Below are positions 57,444 to 64,000 of a DNA stretch of 64,000 nt, in pieces (within the stretch, counting starts at the first letter, position 1; the number at the start of each line of letters is the position of its first letter). Location of the stretch: assembly GCA_964535655.1 (NCBI GenBank), contig CAZHTP010000004.1, positions 139,108 through 203,107 of the forward strand. The letters are read 5' to 3'. The notes beneath the pieces are model-generated. The model worked only from the letters and a program-made list of their open reading frames with translations, searched no databases and was not told where the DNA came from. A program made the translations under genes and the position numbers. The DNA comes from an uncultured Gammaproteobacteria bacterium. GTDB lineage: Bacteria > Patescibacteriota > Microgenomatia > JALYQM01.

Positions 57444-57884
57444 ATGAAAAAAACTATTATGAGTGTGTTGTTTGCTTCGACAATTTTATTACTTTCCGCT
57501 TGTACTGCACAAAGTACACCTTCACAGTCGCCTAGTGCACAAGCTCCTACAGGAACAATTAGCCCTGATCAAATTGATCAAGGTGAAGACTCTTCTCCCA
57601 GCGCCGCTATGACTGAACGCGAAATAAAGATTGAAGCTTTTAGTTATGGGTTTACTCCTAAGACAATTGAAGTTGCTAAGGGTGAAAAAGTGAAATTTGT
57701 TATCACTAATAAGGGTGGATTTCATGATTTTACTATCAAAGATTTTGATGTTTCAAAAGGATTATCAACGAATGCTCCAACCGAAGTAGCATTTACTTCT
57801 GATAAAACTGGATCTTTCGAATTTATATGTTCAGTCGGTAATCATGCTGCTCAAGGTATGAAAGGTACTATCGTGGTGAAATAA
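57444..57884 (+). CDS. cupredoxin (type-1 blue copper) lipoprotein
   Basis: Lipobox LLSAC; copper ligands H (GGFHDF) and C-x4-H-x4-M (CSVGNHAAQGM). Confidence 0.65.
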   Translation: MKKTIMSVLFASTILLLSACTAQSTPSQSPSAQAPTGTISPDQIDQGEDSSPSAAMTEREIKIEAFSYGFTPKTIEVAKGEKVKFVITNKGGFHDFTIKDFDVSKGLSTNAPTEVAFTSDKTGSFEFICSVGNHAAQGMKGTIVVK

Positions 57885-57885
57885 T

Positions 57886-58467
57886 ATGACATCAACTGAA
57901 GCTCGAAAATTATTGTATGAATGGGTTACATCGGCTAGTTTACGCAAGCACTGCGAGTCGGTTGCTGCCTCGATGGGACATTTAGCGTTAAAGTTTGGCG
58001 AGAATGCAGATTTGTGGGAAGCAGTTGGGCTTTTGCATGATTTTGATTATGAAAAGCATCCAACTTTAGAAGCGCATCCGATGAATGGTGTTAGGCATCT
58101 GCGCGAAATTGGCGTTGATGAAATAATTTGCCGGGCGATTTTATCACACGGTAATCATACTGGAGTAAAACGGGAAACACCCATGGAAAAATCATTATTT
58201 GCAGTAGATGAACTTTCAGGCTTCGTTACTGCGTGTACCCTAGTAAAACCGTCAAAAAATATTGCTGATGTTGAAGTTTCTTCTGTAAAAAAGAAAATGA
58301 AGGATAAAGCGTTTGCCCGGCAAGTTTCGCGTGAAGATATTATACAGGGAGCAGAAGGACTTGGCTTTGATCTTGATATACTAATAGGCGATGTAATCGA
58401 GGCTTTAAAAGGAAAAGCTGAGTTACTCGAACTTGATGGAAGGATGGCGGCCGGTAAGGTTTTTTAA
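57886..58467 (+). CDS. HD-domain protein
   Basis: H...HD motif (LLHDFDYEKHP). Confidence 0.55.
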   Translation: MTSTEARKLLYEWVTSASLRKHCESVAASMGHLALKFGENADLWEAVGLLHDFDYEKHPTLEAHPMNGVRHLREIGVDEIICRAILSHGNHTGVKRETPMEKSLFAVDELSGFVTACTLVKPSKNIADVEVSSVKKKMKDKAFARQVSREDIIQGAEGLGFDLDILIGDVIEALKGKAELLELDGRMAAGKVF

Positions 58468-58469
58468 TT

Positions 58470-59324
58470 ATGAATAATTTTCCGATAATTGGTGCACATG
58501 TTTCAACCGCGGGTGGCCTTGATAAAGGTATTGATCGTGCTGTAGAGCTTGGTGCTGACGCTATGCAAATTTTCGTTTCTGCACCGCAATCATATCGATT
58601 TACCGCGCCCGATGAAGCGATGGTTAAACTTTTTAATGAAAAATATGAACGATCAGCATTACATGGACTTTTTTTCCACTCTATTTATTTAATGAATTTA
58701 GCCTCTCAGGAAGGTGCGAAAAATCATCTTGCGAAGCAATCACTGGTGGATTATTTAAATACCGCTGCTTTATTACATGCTGACGGAGTAGTTACTCATA
58801 TTGGTTCATCGACCGGGACAACGTATGAGCAAGCAATAGAAACTATTCAAAAAAGTATTAACTGGGTGTTAAGTAAAACGCCTGCTGAGACGACATTAAT
58901 ACTTGAGGTTACTGCTGGGGCAGGGAATACTATTGGTTCTCAATACGAACACTTACGCGACATTCGCCAAGGTATTAACGATGTTCATCGGGTAAAAACC
59001 TGTTGGGATACACAGCATACCTTTGCATCGGGGTATGATATTCATACAGATTTAGATGGGGTATTAAAAAAATACGATGAACTAGTGGGGATTGATACCC
59101 TTAAAGTAATTCATTGCAATGATTCGAAAACCGAATTTAATTCACATAAGGATCGACACGAAAATATTGGTAAGGGCCTTATTGGTGATGAAGTATTTCG
59201 GCATTTGTTGCACGAAGAGCGACTTAAAAAACTTCCTTTTGTGCTTGAAGTTCCTGGGATGGATGAGAAAAGTGGACCAGACAAAGAAAACATTGACCAC
59301 TTACGTGAGCTTGGAAAGGAGTAG
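58470..59324 (+). CDS. nfo: endonuclease IV (AP endonuclease family 2)
   Basis: TIM-barrel metal-ligand pattern (HxxY..., CWDTQH, HCNDS); 284 aa. Confidence 0.85.
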   Translation: MNNFPIIGAHVSTAGGLDKGIDRAVELGADAMQIFVSAPQSYRFTAPDEAMVKLFNEKYERSALHGLFFHSIYLMNLASQEGAKNHLAKQSLVDYLNTAALLHADGVVTHIGSSTGTTYEQAIETIQKSINWVLSKTPAETTLILEVTAGAGNTIGSQYEHLRDIRQGINDVHRVKTCWDTQHTFASGYDIHTDLDGVLKKYDELVGIDTLKVIHCNDSKTEFNSHKDRHENIGKGLIGDEVFRHLLHEERLKKLPFVLEVPGMDEKSGPDKENIDHLRELGKE

Positions 59325-59544
59325 CTATGGAGGATGGATCAGAAATTTCTAAGGTACTTTCCACTTTCCCCGTGTTCGCTCTATCGTAGGGAACTACTAG
59401 CCCAGAAATGGCTGCTCAAGTTAAAGTGTTGTTCCCCGAGTCTGAGATGACGCCGATATACGGTACAAGGAGAAACGTACCTTTAACATCGATTCGCATA
59501 CCTATGTCATCGTATAAAAAGCCTTAAGTCATTGTGCCATTAGA

Positions 59545-60099
59545 TTAAAAAATAAAGTGAAGAAGGTCGTGAAAAGAGGCAGAACTAAAGATATCAAATA
59601 TTTCGGTAAAGTTTACAAGATTTGGAATTAGTAGTGGTTTTGAAATAATATCACTAATTGCGTAACTGCCAGAGACATTCCGGATAAAGAAGAACATCAG
59701 TAGTACGGCATAGAAAAAATACGCTGTGGCAAAATAGAATAGTTTACGTTGTTTCTTTTTATATATCTTTTTATTTAAATAATAGGCCGTTGGAATAGGA
59801 AGTAAGGGGATTGCTGCAAAGAAAAGCATTAGGACTAGAACAATAGGGTTATAGAGTATTGGTATTGATTCAAGTATGCTTACATAGCCGCGTAGTTTAA
59901 AATAAAGATGTGATAGCGCAGAAGTTAATAAGAATGAATATACTGCGATGACAAAAAAATGAGTTAGATATTTTTTATCTGGTCTTTTTTCGTAAAATAA
60001 GTAAGCAGTTACAATGAGCGATTGAGGAATTATATAGAAAAATGGGATTACGATTCCAGCATGATATATCCCTAAAATAATGTAGCCGACAATACGCAT
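59545..60099 (-). CDS. hypothetical polytopic membrane protein (last gene of the 61096->59545 operon)
   Basis: 4-5 TM helices; abuts the stop of ORF 60101..61096. Confidence 0.35.
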   Translation of the reverse strand: MRIVGYIILGIYHAGIVIPFFYIIPQSLIVTAYLFYEKRPDKKYLTHFFVIAVYSFLLTSALSHLYFKLRGYVSILESIPILYNPIVLVLMLFFAAIPLLPIPTAYYLNKKIYKKKQRKLFYFATAYFFYAVLLMFFFIRNVSGSYAISDIISKPLLIPNLVNFTEIFDIFSSASFHDLLHFIF

Positions 60100-60100
60100 A

Positions 60101-61096
60101 TTAGAACCCTGGAACTTGCAGTGTTTTTAATTTATTCATGGCGCTTGATTTAGTGATGTGCACTTTGTCTCCGTGACCGGATACACCCATGGTTTTTGCC
60201 CCTTTGTTGAAAACTTCAGTCATATCTTTACCGCATGCCCATGTCAAATCATCGTCGCCACCTGGATGTTGCTTTACGACTTTAGTTCCAATAGTTACCG
60301 AATAGTAATCGGATAAATTATATAGATGCCATCCGTCGGTTGCATGATGATAAATAGTCCAGCAGTCAGTAGGTGGATGCACATGTTGCTGGGCAATAGC
60401 TACAAGATTAGCAGGGGGTGTGCTTCCACTTGGGCCAGGAGTAGCTGATGTTTTTGGTGTCGTTGTGGGGCTTCCAACAGCTCCAGTGGGAACTAATGCT
60501 ACAACATACATTGAATAGGCAGGATGTTGTGCGTCAGATGCTCCTGATAAGGTAACTGTTCCTGCAGGGACTGTCCTAGTGAAAATGTCGTATAAACCGA
60601 TTAATCCTTGGTCATTTTTTCTCTTCATAAATTGAGTAATTTGAGATAAGTCGTCGTTTGTCTGGCGCGTGTAATTACTGGTTATCCATGTCGGCGCACT
60701 AAATCCGGGAATATGTCGCGGCATAATATATATGTTGGCTGCAGTGTTGAGCGTTATTGACCATGACAATGAAGCACTATCTTTAATATCTGAATTTGAT
60801 GTTTGTACAAAGGCAGCATTATTTACTGCTGTGGACGGTTGAAAAAAGAAAAATCTGGAATCTGTTGAATAGATCTTGGTGTTATCTAAAAGACAACCTT
60901 TTGTAAATGTTAAGCCACTCGGGTTGTTAATAGTGAAAAACGATGAATTGCAGGCAGCTTGGGCCGCTGATTTATCTATTTGATTAAGTGATACATTTTG
61001 ATTACGTACTACGTTGATAGCACTGTAAAATAATAATGTAACCAGTACTGTAACAATTATTATGGCTAAATTCTGTTTTAACAATTTTGTTTGCAT
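60101..61096 (-). CDS. membrane-anchored protein: shared N-terminal module + Pro/Thr linker + cytochrome-b5-like heme-binding domain
   Basis: Signal anchor; N-module paralogous to 31306 and 45377; C-terminal DCW...LYNLSDY...HPGG...CGKDMTEVF...SGHG fits the cyt-b5 heme-ligand pattern. Confidence 0.55.
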   Translation of the reverse strand: MQTKLLKQNLAIIIVTVLVTLLFYSAINVVRNQNVSLNQIDKSAAQAACNSSFFTINNPSGLTFTKGCLLDNTKIYSTDSRFFFFQPSTAVNNAAFVQTSNSDIKDSASLSWSITLNTAANIYIMPRHIPGFSAPTWITSNYTRQTNDDLSQITQFMKRKNDQGLIGLYDIFTRTVPAGTVTLSGASDAQHPAYSMYVVALVPTGAVGSPTTTPKTSATPGPSGSTPPANLVAIAQQHVHPPTDCWTIYHHATDGWHLYNLSDYYSVTIGTKVVKQHPGGDDDLTWACGKDMTEVFNKGAKTMGVSGHGDKVHITKSSAMNKLKTLQVPGF

Positions 61097-61264
61097 ATCT
61101 TATTTACTATACTATTATTAAACTAATTGTATGAAAATTTCAAAGGTTATTACAACTACCTTAGTGGTAATTTTTGCTCTTGTCTTACTTGCACTCACCC
61201 TTGGCATTATTTATTTGGCTGCGAGTCGGTTGTGGCCGCTGTTTCAATAGACTATTATTACTCT

Positions 61265-62554
61265 ATGTATAAAGCATTGGGATATACGATACTTGTATTG
61301 TGTTGTGCAAATACGATTGCCTTTTGGTTATTAGGAAAAGAGGACTTGTCGACTATTATTTCGCAACCATTACTTGCGACCAGCCAGGCACTTTCGCTAC
61401 TGGGTTTAATTTTAACCGCAATTGCGCTATTATTTTCCACTCGTGTAGCAATTCTTGAAGATATCTTTGGTGGACTTGACTCTGATTATTTTTTGCATCA
61501 TATTCTGGGTGGAGTTGCGTTCTTATGTCTTATCAATCATCCACTTTTTCTGGTTGTACACTATCTTCCGTTTTATAAACTGGCACTTTTCTATGTAATT
61601 CCAGGAAGCGATTTTTCGTATAATCTTGGGCTTGCTGCGCTTTACACTATGATATTTTCTTTCGTGTTTATCGGATTTGTAAAAATATCATATAGTGCAT
61701 GGCTGTGGTCGCATCGATTACTCGTTGTGAGTTTTCTGCTTGGCGCGCTCCATACAATGTATGTGACAAGCGATGTCTCACATAATATTTTATTGCGTGT
61801 ATGGACGTATGTTTTTATTGTAATTGGAATGTTAAGCTCGATATATATCCTTTTCCTGTATAAAAAATTTGGTCCACGTTATAAATATATTGTTGAACTT
61901 GTGACACGAACGAGTGATGTTTTTAGTATTTACTTACGGCCTGTTGACCGTGCCATGCAGTTTATACCGGGGCAATTTATTTATGTGCGTTTTGATAACC
62001 AAAAACTTGGTAATGAACTCCATCCTTTTTCGTTCTCATCCGCACCTTGGGAAAACCAGATCCGGGTAAGTGCAAAAATCCTGGGAGATTATACAAAGAA
62101 GTTATCCGAGCTACAGGTTGGGGATACAGCTCATATATTTGGGCCGTATGGCCGGTTTGGTACATCCTTTATGGAAGGTGAACGGGATTTGCTATTTATT
62201 GGCGGAGGTATTGGAATTACGCCTTTTTTGAGTATGCTACGCTTTGAATCTGTATACCCTAAAAATAGAAAAATTTATGTTATTTATTCATATAAAAACC
62301 ATAGCGAGGCAGTTTTTTATGACGAAATTATGACATTGATGTCGTATAATAATACAGTCCAGTTTATTCCATGGGCATCGCACGAACGAGGTAGATTGAC
62401 TGGAGATCAGGTCTGGAAATCTGTAGGAAGCCTTCAAGGATTAACCATTTTGATGTGTGGACCAAGTGGTATGATGATGAATTTGCAAAAGCAATTTATT
62501 CGTAATGGAGTTGATGAGCAGAATATTATTTTTGAAGATTTTAATGTTTTGTAA
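61265..62554 (+). CDS. ferric-reductase/NOX-like transmembrane flavocytochrome (bis-heme TM domain + FAD-binding + NAD(P)H-binding)
   Basis: His pairs 13 residues apart in two helices (HHILGGVAFLCLINH; HRLLVVSFLLGALH); HPFS FAD motif; GGGIGITPF NAD motif; CGP near the C-terminus. The track ORF starts at 61127; a later ATG at 61265 is more plausible. Confidence 0.65.
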   Translation: MYKALGYTILVLCCANTIAFWLLGKEDLSTIISQPLLATSQALSLLGLILTAIALLFSTRVAILEDIFGGLDSDYFLHHILGGVAFLCLINHPLFLVVHYLPFYKLALFYVIPGSDFSYNLGLAALYTMIFSFVFIGFVKISYSAWLWSHRLLVVSFLLGALHTMYVTSDVSHNILLRVWTYVFIVIGMLSSIYILFLYKKFGPRYKYIVELVTRTSDVFSIYLRPVDRAMQFIPGQFIYVRFDNQKLGNELHPFSFSSAPWENQIRVSAKILGDYTKKLSELQVGDTAHIFGPYGRFGTSFMEGERDLLFIGGGIGITPFLSMLRFESVYPKNRKIYVIYSYKNHSEAVFYDEIMTLMSYNNTVQFIPWASHERGRLTGDQVWKSVGSLQGLTILMCGPSGMMMNLQKQFIRNGVDEQNIIFEDFNVL

Positions 62555-62556
62555 TT

Positions 62557-63201
62557 ATGAAATCGTACCTTCTTATTCTCATTCGTATTGGAATGATTAA
62601 TTTTTTGTGTATATTGCTTGTGATGGTGTATATATCACGTCGTCCTGTTGTAGCTAATTCGACAAAAAAGCCAATAGTAGCCAATGGTCCTGGTGCGACA
62701 AGAGTTGTTACTTTGCCGGAAACGACCCCATCACCGAGTGCCACTGATGTTCCCTATGTGATTGAAACAGCAACTCCAACTGCATCTCCGTCACCAACAC
62801 CTACTCGGACTCCTGTTCCTACCACTTCTGCTTCGGCAACAGCTCGAGCTTCTTCTACTAGTGCTGCTACCGCATCGCCGACACCTCAACCCACTCAGCA
62901 GCCAACAGCTCAGCCGACGCAAGCACCTACGGCTTCGCCTACTCCACAACCTACCGCTCCTCCTAACCCCTTACTGGTAAAAGTAGCACCGCATAATACG
63001 GAAACTGATTGTTGGATGGTAATTGATTCGCATATTTATAATGTTTCCGACTATATGAAGTTACACCCAGGCGGTAAGGATCCTCTGGTCATTTATTGTG
63101 GTAAAGATGGGACAACTGGTTATCACACTAAAGATAAAAACCCACCTGTTGATCATACTCCCACCTCTAATTCGATGCTTGAATTATTCCTTGTGGAGTG
63201 A
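62557..63201 (+). CDS. membrane-anchored Pro/Thr/Ala-rich protein with C-terminal cytochrome-b5-like heme-binding domain
   Basis: TM helix; 70-aa PT linker; DCWMVIDSHIYNVSDY..HPGG..CGKDGTTGYH. Starts 3 nt after the preceding stop. Confidence 0.55.
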   Translation: MKSYLLILIRIGMINFLCILLVMVYISRRPVVANSTKKPIVANGPGATRVVTLPETTPSPSATDVPYVIETATPTASPSPTPTRTPVPTTSASATARASSTSAATASPTPQPTQQPTAQPTQAPTASPTPQPTAPPNPLLVKVAPHNTETDCWMVIDSHIYNVSDYMKLHPGGKDPLVIYCGKDGTTGYHTKDKNPPVDHTPTSNSMLELFLVE

Positions 63202-63981
63202 TGGTTTTCTTTTCTTAACTATTATAAGTAGAGAAATTCCTGCCAGTATAAGTAGTAGCGCTACATATTGCGGGATTCGTAGTAATCCAATTTTACTGTC
63301 TGAATCAGGGTCAAGCTTAACTAATTCAACGATAGATCGTATAATTCCGTAGTTAATTAAATACAAAGAGGAGATTACTCCTGTTTTGGGATGATATTTA
63401 TTGTCTATAAATCTTAATACTATGAAATTAAGTAAAGAGAATAGTGATTCATACAAGAACACCGGATGAAAGGTTGAAAATTGTTTTACTGAATTTAATC
63501 TGTTTTGTGGGTCTATATGTACAGCCCAAGGAAGGGAGGTCGGTTTTCCATATAATTCCTGATTAACATAGTTTCCCCAGCGACCAATTGACTGTCCAAG
63601 GGCAAGTAAGGGAGCCAAAAAATCTGTAATTTGTAGAAAAGGGCGTTTGGATTTTTTACTGAGGTAATAGAGAATTGCGATTCCTCCTAGTATTGCTCCC
63701 AGAATTCCTAACCCGCCATTCCAAACGGCAAAAATTAGTAACGGATTTTTGGCGTAATAACTCCAATTTGTACTAACGTGGTAGAGTCGAGCAAAAACTA
63801 ATGAAAGAGGAATTACGGTAAAAAAATAATTGTCTACTTCATTTGAGGAAATTTTTTTTTCTTTTGCAATTTTTAGTGCAAGGATATACGATGTGGTTAT
63901 CGCGAGCGCAATGATAATTCCATAAAAATGTATCGTGAGCGGTCCAATATGGACCGCATTTAGTGGTGGAGAGGGTATCAT
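63184..63981 (-). CDS. lgt: prolipoprotein diacylglyceryl transferase
   Basis: N-terminus ...IGPLTIHFYGIIIALAI; Lgt signature GRWGNYVNQELYG; polytopic. Confidence 0.9.
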   Translation of the reverse strand: MIPSPPLNAVHIGPLTIHFYGIIIALAITTSYILALKIAKEKKISSNEVDNYFFTVIPLSLVFARLYHVSTNWSYYAKNPLLIFAVWNGGLGILGAILGGIAILYYLSKKSKRPFLQITDFLAPLLALGQSIGRWGNYVNQELYGKPTSLPWAVHIDPQNRLNSVKQFSTFHPVFLYESLFSLLNFIVLRFIDNKYHPKTGVISSLYLINYGIIRSIVELVKLDPDSDSKIGLLRIPQYVALLLILAGISLLIIVKKRKPSLHKE

Positions 63982-64000
63982 TGCTTTAGTTTATCACAGG

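Noticed and set aside
62762-62980. ORF 62762..62980 (MKQQLQLHL...) and similar short ORFs listed in the track inside longer genes
   Set aside because: These are shadow ORFs in alternative frames of confidently called genes. This one lies inside the low-complexity Pro/Thr-linker coding region of 62557..63201. They have no motifs and are not reported.
1-64000. CRISPR arrays, rRNA genes, integrases/transposases, prophage structural genes
   Set aside because: I saw no regularly spaced direct repeats, no rRNA-like conserved stretches and no integrase/transposase motifs. So the tRNA-adjacent blocks are not called as intact mobile elements.

Overview
This is about 64 kb of a visibly AT-rich bacterial chromosome, densely packed with short genes on both strands. 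No rRNA, CRISPR array, integrase or transposase is evident. The gene content points to a reduced-genome, Gram-positive-like or CPR/Patescibacteria-type organism. That reading is an inference from RNase Y, an LCP protein, a lone type IV pilin-like gene, many secreted proteins with Pro/Thr-rich linkers, an S20 with a Lys/Thr-rich tail, a tRNA with a UAU anticodon and numerous nucleases/phosphoesterases. Housekeeping genes that can be called from sequence are recA, a recX-like gene, rny, uvrD/pcrA, trxA, tpiA, ldh, rpsT, murJ, lepA, glmS, pfkA, tatD, hpf, nfo and lgt. There are also a sensor kinase next to a substrate-binding protein, a surface-polymer cluster (methyltransferase, GT4, CapA-like) and an envelope cluster (MraY/WecA-like, UbiA-like, FemAB-like). 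I can place five tRNAs: Pro-CGG, Ala-CGC, Pro-GGG, Ile-GAU and a UAU-anticodon tRNA. The most interesting blocks are these. (1) At 33.0-37.6 kb there is DUF1653 + a DUF2726-like PD-(D/E)xK protein + a DUF2075-like nuclease-helicase, a candidate defence locus. It is followed by a PspC protein, a RadC N-terminal fragment and a PIN-domain remnant open in-frame into an arginine-decarboxylase-like gene. (2) At 59.5-63.2 kb a NOX/ferric-reductase-like flavocytochrome is flanked by two membrane-anchored cytochrome-b5-like proteins plus a small membrane protein. (3) A roughly 165-aa N-terminal module followed by a Pro/Thr/Ser linker is shared by three secreted proteins carrying different C-terminal domains (alginate-lyase-like, beta-helix, cyt-b5-like). 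(4) At 45.1-50.7 kb a tRNA(UAU)-adjacent block holds a T4SS coupling-protein-like membrane ATPase, a Pro-rich protein and a PEGA/SH3b lipoprotein. All functional calls are motif-based from reading the translations; no database search was run.
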